Shown one piece after another: positions 22,279-33,393 of a stretch of DNA of 64,000 bases. Source of the DNA: Burkholderiales bacterium (GTDB taxonomy: Bacteria > Pseudomonadota > Gammaproteobacteria > Burkholderiales > Nitrosomonadaceae); the NCBI GenBank assembly GCA_024235755.1, contig JACKLV010000002.1, forward strand, positions 108,546 through 172,545, in the 5' to 3' direction. Made by a program: the position numbers and the translations under genes. Every line of letters starts with the position of its first letter. Position 1 is the first letter of the stretch. The notes beneath the pieces were generated by a model. That model had not been told where the DNA came from, made no database searches, and worked only from the letters and a program-made list of their open reading frames with translations.

Positions 22279-23325
22279 ATGTCACTCGGCCCTGTCATGC
22301 TCGATATCGCTGCCACAGAATTGACTGACGAGGATAAGCAGCGACTGCTGCATCCGTTAACCGGTGGCGTTATTCTCTTTTCAAGGAATTATACGTCACA
22401 GAAACAACTGACGACACTAATTCAGGATATCCGTGAACTCAGAACGCCGCATTTGTTGATAGCGGTTGACCAGGAAGGCGGCCGGGTACAGCGATTTAAG
22501 GATGATTTTACAAGATTGCCGGCAATGCGTGAACTCGGTAAAGTCTGGGATCAAAATCCGGCGCGGGCGCGCCATTTGTCAAAGCAAGTGGGGTTTGTGC
22601 TGGCGAGTGAGCTGGTTGTTTGTAACGTCGATCTGAGTTTTACACCTGTTCTGGACATTGATCACGGTCAAAGCAGTGTGATTGGTGATCGGGCATTTCA
22701 TCGAGACATCCATGCAGTGTCCGACCTTGCGTATGCGCTCATGATGGGTTTGAAAGCGGGCGGTATGCAGGCGGTTGGTAAACATTTTCCAGGGCATGGC
22801 GGTATACAGGCCGATTCACATTTTGAGAAATCGGTTGATCAACGCCGGTATGCAGATATTGAAATGGATGACATGGTGCCGTTCCAACGCATGATTGATT
22901 TCGGACTGGCAGGCATTATGGCTGCCCATGTGATTTATCCGCAAGTTGATCAATATCCGGCGGGATTCTCCCGTAAATGGTTACAGGACATTCTAAGGCA
23001 ACAGCTGTTGTTTGAAGGTTGCATTTTTAGTGACGATTTGAGCATGCAGGGCGCGGCTTATTTCAGCGCTATTGGCGCGCGCGCAAAAGCTGCGCTTGAG
23101 GCAGGGTGCGATATGATATTGGTTTGTAACGATCCTCAGGCAGCCGATGAATTGTTGGAAACATTGCAATGGAATATTTCTGCAACCAGTCTTGCGCGTT
23201 TAGCGCGGATGCATGGTAAAAAGCGATTTGCTTCAATGATGAAACTGCGAGAGGATGCGGCTTATGTTCGAGCAGTGCGTGAAGTTGGTGCTATTGGTGA
23301 TCCGAACGAATTATTGCCTTTCTAG
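22279..23325 (+). CDS. nagZ: Beta-N-acetylhexosaminidase NagZ (GH3)
   Basis: The motifs [10 protein letters not shown] and KHFPGHG are present. The ATG lies 2 nt after the acpS stop. Confidence 0.9.
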   Translation: MSLGPVMLDIAATELTDEDKQRLLHPLTGGVILFSRNYTSQKQLTTLIQDIRELRTPHLLIAVDQEGGRVQRFKDDFTRLPAMRELGKVWDQNPARARHLSKQVGFVLASELVVCNVDLSFTPVLDIDHGQSSVIGDRAFHRDIHAVSDLAYALMMGLKAGGMQAVGKHFPGHGGIQADSHFEKSVDQRRYADIEMDDMVPFQRMIDFGLAGIMAAHVIYPQVDQYPAGFSRKWLQDILRQQLLFEGCIFSDDLSMQGAAYFSAIGARAKAALEAGCDMILVCNDPQAADELLETLQWNISATSLARLARMHGKKRFASMMKLREDAAYVRAVREVGAIGDPNELLPF

Positions 23326-26218
23326 TTTGCGCCGTTGGACTAGTATCAGTATCGAATAGATTGCCGACGGGTTGAAGACGTTCATTCTTTTCGTGAACCA
23401 ATTCCAGCAGGGCCTTATACGGAACAGGTCTGCTAAAAAAGTAACCTTGCTGATAATAACAGTGATGCTGCAACAAAATCTGGTTTTGTTGCGCCGTTTC
23501 AACGCCTTCAGCGACAACCGCCAATCCCATGTTGTTACCCAGGCCAATGATGGCTTGTACTATGGTTAAGTCACTCTGATTTTGATCCAGCGTGCGCACG
23601 AAAGACTTGTCGATTTTCAAGATGTCAATCGGTAATTCACGCAGTAATGTGAGCGAGGAATAACCGGTGCCAAAATCATCCAGCGCAATCATTATATCGA
23701 GTTCCTTGATGGTTCTGAGGATAATGCCAACACGCTGAATGTCGTTGACGATGGAACTTTCGGTGATTTCGAGTATCAGTGAACGGGCGGGTAATTGGGT
23801 ATCGTTTAATGTATTAACAATGGTTTGCAAAAAGTTTTTATTCAGCAATTGGCGGGGATTGACATTGACCGCAACGTTTACCGGGTATCCCAACTGTAAA
23901 AGCTGATATGCGGAGAGACAGGACATTCTTAATACCAGTTCACCCAGTTGTTCAATCAAACCGACGTTTTCTGCCAGCGGGATAAATTCGCTGGGTGATA
24001 AAAAGCCTCTCGTGGGATGTGGCCAGCGGACCAACGCTTCCATGCGGGAGATATGATGCGTTTTTGCATCGATGATGGGTTGAAATAAAACCTGAAGTTC
24101 ATGGTTAAGAATAGCAGCCCTTAGTTCCTTTTCCAATTCCAGCCGGTCGCGCGTCCATACAATGGAGGATTCGTGCGAATAGTAATCAAAACGGTTGCCG
24201 CCATCTCTTTTGGCACCGTACATGGCAGTTCCTGCCTTTTTCAGTACAGTTTCACTGGTCAATCCGTTTTCAGGATAAAAGCTGATGCCGATACTGGCGG
24301 CGACAAAGATTTCCATACCGTCGATTTCGAACTTTTGTCTGATCGCATCCAGAATTTTTTGTGCCATTTCAGAAACCGCATCAATCTGATCCAGATAATC
24401 GAACAGTAAAATGAATTCATCGCCGCCCCAACGGGCCACAATATCATTGTGTTGCACAACCTCATACAAACGGATGGAGACCATCTTGAGCAGTTTATCT
24501 CCGGCTTGATGTCCCATGGCATCATTAATTTTTTTAAAATTATCTAGCGCAACAAAAAAGGCGGTGATAATTTTTCCGTTATTTTCGGCCGCCTGAATCA
24601 TTTGATCGAACTGAGACAATAACTTTGAACGGTTGGGTAGTTTGGTCAGAGCATCATAATTTTCCTGATGCGCGATCTGCTCAGCAAGCTCGACCGTATC
24701 CGTAATATCAGTCATTGCAATCACAGAGCCAAGCAGCACTTTTTGTTCGTCGTATAGTTGATTGCGTGTTATCCGCACAGTACGCTCATCGCCGTATTTG
24801 GTTTTCAAGCGGCATTCCAGCATGCCGGGGCTGTCTAAACTGGGCGTCAAAATAGTTTTTACGGATATATCTTCAGACGGAGTGTCGATACATGCACGGA
24901 GATTCAGGATCTGTTGCAGGTCTTTTCCTTTGATGTAACTGAATTCCGTACGCAGAATTTTTTCAGCCCCTTTGTTGATATAGGCGACATGGTCATGTGC
25001 ATCGGTTATGATCACACCGTCTTTTATCGATTCCAGTGCGGTGCTCGAACGTATCTTTGTGATCAGGAAAGAGCGTACAAACTGATTAATTTGCCGCCAG
25101 TTTGACAACGGATAAATTGCCAGCGTCCCCAATAAAGCCGCTCCTGGTGGAATCCATACATGACCGTTTTTTAACAGTTGGTAAATTAGAAACAAACCTG
25201 CTGCCGATACGAAAAGCAGGATCGGAATTGTCAGATTTTTTTTCGTCCAGCTGATACTCATTAAAATAAGCGTGACCCATATTAATGAGATCAACATTAC
25301 CCATATATTAGGGACAGGAAAAATTGCCCGGTCATGGTGGAGCATCGAATAAACATTTGCATGCCATTCCACCCCTGTCATGGGTTGATGATTAATGGAA
25401 GATACCGGCGTTGCGAAACGTGTGCCCATTCCTGCGGCAGTCATACCGACAATTACTGTTTTGTTTTTTAGGCTGGCCAGAACTTTATCGTCAAACAAGA
25501 CGCTTGCGTAGGAAACCTGACGGAAACTTCCCGGTTTTCCAATATAAGGAATCATTGCTTCTTCAGCACGGAACCAGCGTCTGGATTGATTTCCTGGCCT
25601 ATCCTCATCAGCGCTGAGCGGGTAAGCTTCATTTGCCGTTGCAGGATTAAACAATACCTGGGCCAGTGCAGGCCATGTCGGTGCATTAATCCCTGCATAG
25701 AGAAAAACGCGCCGGGCGATGCCGTCACTGTCAATTTCAACATCGGCATGACCCAGTACGGCATTATGTCTGAAAAGTGGAAAAGGTGCTGCCAAATACA
25801 AAGATTCGGGATAAGTGACCGAAATCGGTGCTAGAGGCAGAATGACATTACCATGGAGGGTGATTGCCGCAGCCAGTAACTGGTCGGCATAAATATCATC
25901 ATGTTGTGGTTCGGAGAAAAGCAAGTCCAAAGCTACGCGCTGGTTGCCAATTGATTTCAGCCGATTAATCAGTTCGGCATGAATTTCTCTCGACCAAGGC
26001 CATCTGCCTAGAATACTTAGACTTGGCTCATCAATGGCGACGATAACGATATCGGAATCTTGCGGATATTGAATAAGTACCGATAGTTTGTCATAGATCA
26101 TGAAATCCAGGCGTTCCAGAATCTCCGAATAGGATAAGGTTGCGACGGCGATCAGGAGTATTACAATACGTAAAACAAATGTATTGATGCGCCTCTTCAG
26201 ATTTTGCAGATAAATCAT
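23291..26218 (-). CDS. CHASE2 sensor - TM - PAS - GGDEF - EAL c-di-GMP turnover protein
   Basis: The N-terminal periplasmic CHASE2-like region is flanked by TM segments and followed by a PAS-like segment. GGDEF ([12 protein letters not shown]) is intact with no RxxD I-site. The EAL motifs ([28 protein letters not shown]) are intact. The ATG at 26218 forms an ATGA overlap with the upstream gene's stop. Confidence 0.85.
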   Translation of the reverse strand: MIYLQNLKRRINTFVLRIVILLIAVATLSYSEILERLDFMIYDKLSVLIQYPQDSDIVIVAIDEPSLSILGRWPWSREIHAELINRLKSIGNQRVALDLLFSEPQHDDIYADQLLAAAITLHGNVILPLAPISVTYPESLYLAAPFPLFRHNAVLGHADVEIDSDGIARRVFLYAGINAPTWPALAQVLFNPATANEAYPLSADEDRPGNQSRRWFRAEEAMIPYIGKPGSFRQVSYASVLFDDKVLASLKNKTVIVGMTAAGMGTRFATPVSSINHQPMTGVEWHANVYSMLHHDRAIFPVPNIWVMLISLIWVTLILMSISWTKKNLTIPILLFVSAAGLFLIYQLLKNGHVWIPPGAALLGTLAIYPLSNWRQINQFVRSFLITKIRSSTALESIKDGVIITDAHDHVAYINKGAEKILRTEFSYIKGKDLQQILNLRACIDTPSEDISVKTILTPSLDSPGMLECRLKTKYGDERTVRITRNQLYDEQKVLLGSVIAMTDITDTVELAEQIAHQENYDALTKLPNRSKLLSQFDQMIQAAENNGKIITAFFVALDNFKKINDAMGHQAGDKLLKMVSIRLYEVVQHNDIVARWGGDEFILLFDYLDQIDAVSEMAQKILDAIRQKFEIDGMEIFVAASIGISFYPENGLTSETVLKKAGTAMYGAKRDGGNRFDYYSHESSIVWTRDRLELEKELRAAILNHELQVLFQPIIDAKTHHISRMEALVRWPHPTRGFLSPSEFIPLAENVGLIEQLGELVLRMSCLSAYQLLQLGYPVNVAVNVNPRQLLNKNFLQTIVNTLNDTQLPARSLILEITESSIVNDIQRVGIILRTIKELDIMIALDDFGTGYSSLTLLRELPIDILKIDKSFVRTLDQNQSDLTIVQAIIGLGNNMGLAVVAEGVETAQQNQILLQHHCYYQQGYFFSRPVPYKALLELVHEKNERLQPVGNLFDTDTSPTAQTRKAIIRSDHQ

Positions 26219-27867
26219 ATCAGAACAAGCAGTGGAAGGAATAGCAGCAACATCAGCCAATAAGGGAAGTCGCGAGGAATATCAATCATTTGAGGCGGTC
26301 CCCAGGGGCCTTCGAAACCATCAGATTCAATGGTTTTGATGCGTAAATAGTAGGTGCCGCCAGCAGGTTTATCAAAGGTAATACGGGACATTTCGGTCTT
26401 TTCTTCGTGCATGATGTCTGAGAATGACACGTCACGCGCAAACTGAAAATGAAAACGCTGACCTTCGGCAGCAGCGCGCCATGCAAATGTTATTTCCTGT
26501 TCGTCGACCTCTGTTGCATCAAGTGAAGGACCAGGATATGGGACTCTGAAAGGCATATTGTCGCTGAATGGGCCGGTACCCTCGGTTGGTGAGACGGCTG
26601 CAATACGCCAGAAGTAATGACCAGGGGTAAGCGATTCGGATAACGTAAGCGTGTTTGCTTTAATTTCAGGGTTAAAATAGGCTAGATCGGTAAAATCTGC
26701 ATTTCTGCTGATCATCAAGACATAATGTAACGATTCCGATTGACTCGTCCAGCTGAATTCCTGGTTTTCTGGTGCTGTTGCATTTCCGGGTAACGGTGCG
26801 GTGACAAAGGGCGGTTCAGGGCGTGCATTTAAGCCGAAAGCCATGACTGCGTCTCTGCCTTCTATGCCCGATTCATCAATGCCACGTATTCGTAGCCAGT
26901 ATTCGCCGTCAGGTATATCGCCATCCCGGAAAGGCAGCGATGTTGTGGTAAATTCGGAAACCAGATGATCAAAATCCGGGTCCAATGCTATTTGCGTACG
27001 ATAGGCATGAGCCCCATTTATTGGATTCAGACGAATCACCAAGGGGAGGCTTTCATAATAATTGGGGGTGCCGGATAGATCGGGCGGCGGCAAAAGCGCT
27101 ACGGGTGGTGCAGGCGGCTTATGCAGCGCAGTGATCGTGCCAAAACCTGCCGGTACTCTGACGAATTTCTCTGAAGCGTTTACCTCGATATTGCCGGCAA
27201 GTACCTCGCTGGTAGTGCCGGATTGCGGTTCAATCAGACCGACACGAAACGCTGTACCCCGGACGGAACTAATAGCAGAAGGTGTTTGTATCCTGAGCCG
27301 TGTTCCTTGACGGGTGTTATGAGGCACGGAATTCTCCGTACGCCCTTGTTCGAGGCGTATCAGTGTATCAATCAATCCGTAGTCACCCAATATCTGCATT
27401 CTTTCCAGACGGATACGGCTATTATCCTGAACGCGCATTTGAGCATTGTCTGCAAATTCGATGGTAACAAATGAATCGTTCTCGCTCTGAACCGTATCGC
27501 CCGCCAATAATTGCGTTCCAGGCGAAGCGGCTTCTTTTTCTTTGTTGGCGCGTTCAATGAATACATTACCGTGAACGTTGATAATCCGCGCAGACACTTT
27601 TTCAGAGATTAATGACCAGGCAACAGGGATTCTTAGTTGTTTACCGGGAGGTATGACATAGGGATTCTGAATCTGATTTAATTGTTGCAAGCGCCTGACA
27701 TATTGTGTGCCGTTCAAATGGCGCTCAGACAGATTCCATAGATTGTCACCGGGGCGTACAGTATAAATCCACTCTTCTTCGGCGGCATATACCGGCAGAA
27801 TGATCAAAGTGATGAATAAACAGCAGAAAAGTTTATTCAATCTTTGATGAATAAGATCCAAGTGCAT
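26215..27867 (-). CDS. Secreted LysM + FecR-domain protein with three Ig/Fn3-like repeats and a C-terminal TM anchor
   Basis: It has a signal peptide and a LysM domain (YTVRPGDNLWNLSERHL...PPGKQLRIP), followed by a FecR-like beta-rich region. Three repeats of about 75 aa end in EYWLRIRGID, HYFWRIAAV and TYYLRIKTIE. The hydrophobic tail is [15 protein letters not shown]. Confidence 0.75.
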   Translation of the reverse strand: MHLDLIHQRLNKLFCCLFITLIILPVYAAEEEWIYTVRPGDNLWNLSERHLNGTQYVRRLQQLNQIQNPYVIPPGKQLRIPVAWSLISEKVSARIINVHGNVFIERANKEKEAASPGTQLLAGDTVQSENDSFVTIEFADNAQMRVQDNSRIRLERMQILGDYGLIDTLIRLEQGRTENSVPHNTRQGTRLRIQTPSAISSVRGTAFRVGLIEPQSGTTSEVLAGNIEVNASEKFVRVPAGFGTITALHKPPAPPVALLPPPDLSGTPNYYESLPLVIRLNPINGAHAYRTQIALDPDFDHLVSEFTTTSLPFRDGDIPDGEYWLRIRGIDESGIEGRDAVMAFGLNARPEPPFVTAPLPGNATAPENQEFSWTSQSESLHYVLMISRNADFTDLAYFNPEIKANTLTLSESLTPGHYFWRIAAVSPTEGTGPFSDNMPFRVPYPGPSLDATEVDEQEITFAWRAAAEGQRFHFQFARDVSFSDIMHEEKTEMSRITFDKPAGGTYYLRIKTIESDGFEGPWGPPQMIDIPRDFPYWLMLLLFLPLLVLI

Positions 27868-28003
27868 GCCATCTCCTTGTCGTGGGCTTCAATTTGAATA
27901 GCTTCCTTTTACCGATGCGTTATTTTCGGCGTATCGGTGTCAGCGGATATTTTGTGAATGCACAATCTGATTGAGTTGTCGGCCAGATATCGTATTCCGA
28001 AAA

Positions 28004-28486
28004 TCATTGGGTAATATTGACTGAGGTGCCTGCAGATACCCAGTTAAACAACTCCAGCAGGTCTTTATTTGAAATACGAATACAACCGATAGATCCTGGT
28101 TTTCCCATTTCAACACTGTCGGGACTGCCATGAATGTAAATATATCGCTGCATCGTGTCTACTGAACCGAGTCGGTTAAAACCGGGTTCGCACCCTGACA
28201 ACCATAAGATGCGCGTTAAAATCCAGTCACGTGCGGGATACTGTTTTCCCAATTCCGGCGTGTAAATTTCTCCAGTTGGCCGACGGCGGACAAATACCGT
28301 ATTGATGGGTTGTCCTGAGCCAATCTTGGCGCGGATTATATGTTTGCCTAATGGGGTGCAAAAACTTCCGTTTTGCTGGCCAGTACCCTTTTTTGCAGAA
28401 GAGATTCGATAATGTTTAATAAGTTGATTGTCATTATTGAATAAATCGAGCTGTTGCTTATGGATGGTGATATTTATTTTCATCAT
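28004..28486 (-). CDS. L,D-transpeptidase (YkuD) catalytic-domain protein with no recognisable signal peptide
   Basis: The YkuD active-site context IHGSPD...GKPGSIGCIRISN is present. The start is set at MMKINITIH. The longer ORF to 28585 overlaps tadA. Confidence 0.75.
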   Translation of the reverse strand: MMKINITIHKQQLDLFNNDNQLIKHYRISSAKKGTGQQNGSFCTPLGKHIIRAKIGSGQPINTVFVRRRPTGEIYTPELGKQYPARDWILTRILWLSGCEPGFNRLGSVDTMQRYIYIHGSPDSVEMGKPGSIGCIRISNKDLLELFNWVSAGTSVNITQ

Positions 28487-28508
28487 TATCTGAGTTTGAC
28501 GGAAAAGA

Positions 28509-29063
<555 letters not shown>

Positions 29064-29093
29064 TTATTTTTGAGTTTGATAGTTACAGGGTAC

Positions 29094-29990
29094 ATGTTTA
29101 CACAGGCAATAAATCAGTTATACACCATTCGCGATTTGCTGCGTTTTACAGTCAGCAAGTTTAATGAGGCTGGTCTTTTCTTTGGCCACGGCTCAACCAA
29201 TGCCTACGATGAGGCGGCCTATCTTATTCTGCATACATTGCATTTGCCTTTAGACCAACTCGAACCTTTTCTCGATGCACGGCTCACCCGTGATGAGTTG
29301 GCTGATGTTGAAGCGGTTCTTCGGCAACGGATTTTGGAAAGAAAGCCGGCGGCTTATCTGACGCACGAGGCTTGGCTGGGTGATTATGCTTTTTACGTAG
29401 ATGAACGTGTCATTGTTCCACGCTCATTTATTGCAGAGCTTTTGCATAATCATTTGGAACCCTGGATGACTGATCCTGAGCGTGTTCAGTGTGCACTAGA
29501 TTTGTGTACGGGATCGGGTTGTCTTGCCATACTAATGGCGCATGCGTTCGAACAGGCTGAAATTGATGCGGTAGATATTTCTCAGGAAGCGCTGTCGGTT
29601 GCGAAAAAAAATGTGGTGGATTATCAATTGGCGCACCGGATTCATTTGATTCAATCCGATATGTTCGCGGGGTTGGCCGGCAAGCGATATGATCTGATTA
29701 TCAGTAACCCTCCCTATGTGAATGCGGAGTCTATGGCAGCGTTGCCGGACGAATACCGTCATGAACCAGCTAGTGCGTTGGGCAGCGGCACAGATGGATT
29801 GGATGCAACACGGCATATCTTGCTCAATGCGGCCAGTCATTTAACTGATCATGGGTTGCTCGTTGTTGAAATTGGGCATAACAGAGACGCATTATTGGAA
29901 ATGTTTCCTCGATTGCCGTTTACGTGGCTGGAAACCAGTGCGGGTGATGGGTTCGTTTTTTTGTTAAGCCGCGATCAACTTGCAGTCTGA
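29094..29990 (+). CDS. prmB: Ribosomal protein L3 N5-glutamine methyltransferase
   Basis: It has the NPPY motif (IISNPPYV), SAM motif LDLCTGSGCLAI and a PrmB-type N-terminus (TIRDLLRF). The start at MFTQ is preferred over 29037. Confidence 0.85.
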   Translation: MFTQAINQLYTIRDLLRFTVSKFNEAGLFFGHGSTNAYDEAAYLILHTLHLPLDQLEPFLDARLTRDELADVEAVLRQRILERKPAAYLTHEAWLGDYAFYVDERVIVPRSFIAELLHNHLEPWMTDPERVQCALDLCTGSGCLAILMAHAFEQAEIDAVDISQEALSVAKKNVVDYQLAHRIHLIQSDMFAGLAGKRYDLIISNPPYVNAESMAALPDEYRHEPASALGSGTDGLDATRHILLNAASHLTDHGLLVVEIGHNRDALLEMFPRLPFTWLETSAGDGFVFLLSRDQLAV

Positions 29991-30007
29991 TTGTCTGAAG
30001 AATGTGT

Positions 30008-30847
30008 TCAAGACAGTAGCGTTACCAGTTGCCGGGTTTCCTTTTCATCGAGTTCCAGCCATTTTCCGCGTTTGATACGTGCGGGTAGATTAATCGGCCC
30101 AAAACGCACGCGCATCAGGCGACTGACTGTTATTCCAAGCGCTTCGAACATACGCCTGATCTCCCGGTTTTTACCCTCTTTCAGAATCACGCGATACCAG
30201 CGGTTGACATTTTCGCCGCCCTGTTCTACCAATTGATCAAACGATGCAGTACCATCTTCGAGTTGGATGCCGGTGGTCAACTGGGATATTTGTTCATCGG
30301 TTAATTTCCCGATAATACGAACCGCATATTCGCGCTCCACTTCAAATCGTGGATGCATGAAACGGTTTGCCAGCGAGCCATCGGTGGTGAAGATCAGCAG
30401 ACCGCTGGTATTAAAGTCCAGGCGGCCGATTGCGATCCATTTGGAGGATTTAAGATGGGGTAGTTTGTCAAATACGGTTGGGCGGCCTTCGGGATCGAGC
30501 CGGCTGACAATTTCACCTTCGGGTTTGTGATACAGCAATATTCGCGGCAAGCGCTCGGTCAAGTCAAAACGGATGACGCGTTTGCCGATCTGAACACGGT
30601 CTTTTGCGCCAACGCGGTCTCCCAAAACAGCCTTTCGGCCGTTTATACTGACGCGGCCGGCAGCAATTAATGCTTCCATCTCACGTCTGGAACCCAATCC
30701 TTTCTGAGCCAGTAGTTTTTGCAGTTTATAAGTTACTGCCGTATCGGGGGCAATGGGCCTGTCAGCTTCAGGCAATCGCCGCGGCGTTCTGGTTTTGCCA
30801 GATCTGGGTAATTTGTGTGTGCGCATAAAACAGTTTGATCGGATCAA
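30008..30847 (-). CDS. rluB: 23S rRNA pseudouridine synthase RluB (RsuA family)
   Basis: It has an S4 domain, the catalytic RLDFNTSGLLIFT motif and a basic N-terminal tail. Confidence 0.85.
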   Translation of the reverse strand: MIRSNCFMRTHKLPRSGKTRTPRRLPEADRPIAPDTAVTYKLQKLLAQKGLGSRREMEALIAAGRVSINGRKAVLGDRVGAKDRVQIGKRVIRFDLTERLPRILLYHKPEGEIVSRLDPEGRPTVFDKLPHLKSSKWIAIGRLDFNTSGLLIFTTDGSLANRFMHPRFEVEREYAVRIIGKLTDEQISQLTTGIQLEDGTASFDQLVEQGGENVNRWYRVILKEGKNREIRRMFEALGITVSRLMRVRFGPINLPARIKRGKWLELDEKETRQLVTLLS

Positions 30848-31177
30848 TTAGAACGGCAGTTTCATGCCGGGCGGCAGGCCGAGTCCGCCGGTCAGTTCGG
30901 CCATCTTTTCCTGGGTTGTTGATTCAACACGTCGAACAGCATCATTAAATGCGGCTGCAATCAGATCTTCAAGCATTTCCTTGTCATCGCCATCGCCGAC
31001 CAGACTGTCGTCAATCTGTACGCTTTTGACATCATGGCGGCAGGTCATGACAATCTTAACCATTCCTGCGCCGGACTGACCTTCAACTTCCAGTGTGGCC
31101 AGTTTTTCCTGCATCTGCTTCATGCTTTCCTGAACCTGCTGTGCCTGTTTCATCATGTTTGCCAAATTTGCTTTCAT
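30848..31177 (-). CDS. ybaB: Nucleoid-associated protein YbaB/EbfC
   Basis: The 109-aa product has [10 protein letters not shown]...[15 protein letters not shown] and lies directly downstream of dnaX. Confidence 0.9.
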   Translation of the reverse strand: MKANLANMMKQAQQVQESMKQMQEKLATLEVEGQSGAGMVKIVMTCRHDVKSVQIDDSLVGDGDDKEMLEDLIAAAFNDAVRRVESTTQEKMAELTGGLGLPPGMKLPF

Positions 31178-31189
31178 GGTAAATCTCCT

Positions 31190-32827
31190 TTAATTTTGAA
31201 TCGGTTTGATGGAGGATTCTATGATTTTTGCATCAAAACTGTCTACCAAATCCTGTACGATCGGATCTTTTTCAATGGCCGCAATCGCTTCAGCTTGTTT
31301 TTGCTCGTTTTCAAGTTGCTGTAATGCAACCGGCGTCATGCCGGTAATGCTGCCAACCGAGAAATTCAACGCGACTGGACGGCCGAAGTGAGCGTCCAGT
31401 GCATTCTGGATGGCATTCTGGTATTTTTTGTCGAGCAAGTGTCTGTGAAGCTCAGGGACAAATAGCTCAACGTTCTTTGCAGTCAGTAATTTTGCTTCGC
31501 TATGTTGCGCCAGCATTTTAGCCATGCCGACCAATTTCAGCTGTTTGACCAGATCATGCCAGTTCAGATCAGGCGCAACCACAGGTGTTTTAGGTGCAGT
31601 CGGAGCTGTCTGGTAACTGTCTGATTGGCTGAATGAGGCTGCTGATTTACCGGTCTGAGCAGGTGGATTGAAAGTATTTTCTACGTCTGAAATTTCGGGA
31701 GCCGCGGTTATTATTTGTTTTGCCGAACTTGTTGTCTGATTATCGGGCATAAACGCGAGCATGCGTATTAATGTCATGGTAAAACCAGCATACTCATCCG
31801 GGGCAAGACTTAAGTCTCGGCGTCCGTGCAGTGCTATTTGATAAAGCAGCTGTATATCCTCGGCTGCAAATGTTTTGGCGAAAGACAATATTTGCGGGTA
31901 TGCCGGTATCTCTTTGTGGATTGCCTGCGGTACTGTTTGCGCCAATGCGATGTGATGTAACAGCGCAGAAAAATCGTGTAATACGGAGTCAAATGACAAG
32001 CCCTGAGCATCAATCTCGTCAGCAATTGCCAGCATTCGTGCGCCGTTTTGTAATGCCAGCGCTTCAAGCAAATCGTGTAGATAATATTGGTCAATCGTAC
32101 CGAGCATGCTACGAACGGTATCTTCTGCTACTTTGCCTTCGCCAAAAGCAATTGCTTGGTCTAGGATGCTTAAAGCGTCGCGCATGCTGCCTTGAGCGGC
32201 TTTTGCAATATTGGTTAATGCAGTGTCGTCCGTCGGAATATTTTCCTGTGCCAGGATATTTTTGAGATGCTCTGTAATTAATGCAATCGGAATCTGTTTC
32301 AAATTAAACTGCAAGCACCGGGAAAGCACCGTCACCGGGATTTTTTGCGGATCAGTTGTGGCGAGTACAAATTTAACGTGTGCAGGCGGTTCTTCAAGTG
32401 TTTTAAGCATGGCGTTAAACGCCGATTTGGATAGCATGTGCACTTCGTCGATAATATAAATTTTGAAACGCGCCTCAGTCGGTGCATACAGCGCATTTTC
32501 CAGCAGGTCGCGCATATGATCGACCTGTGTGTTTGAAGCAGCGTCCAGTTCGATCAAATCAATAAAATGCCCTTGATCAATTTGTGAGCAGGCGGTACAG
32601 GTGCCGCAGGGTGATGCTGTTATCCCGGTTTCGCAATTCAACGCTTTGGCAAGAATGCGTGCTACCGTTGTTTTTCCGATTCCACGTGTACCCGTGAACA
32701 GATACGCATGGTGTAACCGGTTTTGTTGCAGCGCGTTCGTTAGCGCTCTGACGACATGGTCTTGACCAGTCAGTTCAGAAAAGTTTTTCGGTCGCCACTT
32801 GCGTGCAAGGACTTGGGATTGTGACAC
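31190..32827 (-). CDS. dnaX: DNA polymerase III subunits tau/gamma (GTG start at 32827 preferred)
   Basis: It has LARKWRPKNF, Walker A GTRGIGKTT, a zinc module CETGITASPCGTCTAC and Walker B IIDEVHML. Confidence 0.93.
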   Translation of the reverse strand: MSQSQVLARKWRPKNFSELTGQDHVVRALTNALQQNRLHHAYLFTGTRGIGKTTVARILAKALNCETGITASPCGTCTACSQIDQGHFIDLIELDAASNTQVDHMRDLLENALYAPTEARFKIYIIDEVHMLSKSAFNAMLKTLEEPPAHVKFVLATTDPQKIPVTVLSRCLQFNLKQIPIALITEHLKNILAQENIPTDDTALTNIAKAAQGSMRDALSILDQAIAFGEGKVAEDTVRSMLGTIDQYYLHDLLEALALQNGARMLAIADEIDAQGLSFDSVLHDFSALLHHIALAQTVPQAIHKEIPAYPQILSFAKTFAAEDIQLLYQIALHGRRDLSLAPDEYAGFTMTLIRMLAFMPDNQTTSSAKQIITAAPEISDVENTFNPPAQTGKSAASFSQSDSYQTAPTAPKTPVVAPDLNWHDLVKQLKLVGMAKMLAQHSEAKLLTAKNVELFVPELHRHLLDKKYQNAIQNALDAHFGRPVALNFSVGSITGMTPVALQQLENEQKQAEAIAAIEKDPIVQDLVDSFDAKIIESSIKPIQN

Positions 32828-32960
32828 GTTGAATTTTAGAAAATTTAGGAATGCAGGTGGATTATTATAGCAGGTCGAACAATCGCTTTGCATCAATCCG
32901 TTCTGGCATGAAATTGAATAAAAAAGCGACTGCAGACAGAATAGAATTCAAGGAAAAACG

Positions 32961-33060
32961 GGGTGGCGAGCCAGACCCCCGGCACTCGCAATGAATAGCT
33001 GTGGCTGCTTCCTTCCGGACCTGACCAAGTTCACTACTTTGCAATGCGGGGAGGCCCGCC
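32961..33060 (-). ncRNA. ffs: Signal recognition particle RNA (4.5S)
   Basis: The minus strand contains GGUCAGGUCCGGAAGGAAGCAGCCA, identical to the conserved domain IV core of E. coli 4.5S RNA. The 5' GGCGGGCC pairs with the 3' GGCUCGCC. It lies upstream of dnaX, as in many proteobacteria. Confidence 0.85.
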
Positions 33061-33324
33061 TTTAATCTTAGATGAACTGTAAGTTCAAGATGCGAGAGTA
33101 TACCAGTACACGATGGGTAAACAAAGCGCTTTGCTCAATTCACGCAGGTTGCTAAGTGATTAGTCTCGCGGCAATCCCTTGTGGCAATAGAGAATGGAGC
33201 TTATTTCCTGCAAGACACACGTTGCCATGTATTATACTGAAAAGCTTGCTGCGCTCGACAATTACCTTTGGATAAGGTAACTGGGATCACGAAGGAAATT
33301 TGTGTGACTAACTGCTTTCCCGCT

Positions 33325-33365
33325 CAATAAAAAAACAAGGGATAACTAAAGCCCTTGTTTTTGAT
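33325..33365 (-). terminator. Rho-independent terminator downstream of the PEP-CTERM gene (symmetrical, possibly bidirectional)
   Basis: The stem ACAAGGG/CCCTTGT is extended by A/T pairs, has a 10-nt loop and is followed by a U-run on the minus strand. It lies about 30 nt after the stop at 33394. Confidence 0.7.
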
Positions 33366-33393
33366 CGTTTCGTAATTGATTCGCGGAAGGCGA

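Noticed and set aside
31190-32827. A programmed -1 frameshift site in dnaX (A AAA AAG, as in E. coli).
   Set aside because: I looked for CTTTTTT on the plus strand within the gene and found none. The only long A-run (CAAAAAAT, near 31424-31431) is close to the C-terminus and lacks the AAG slippery codon.
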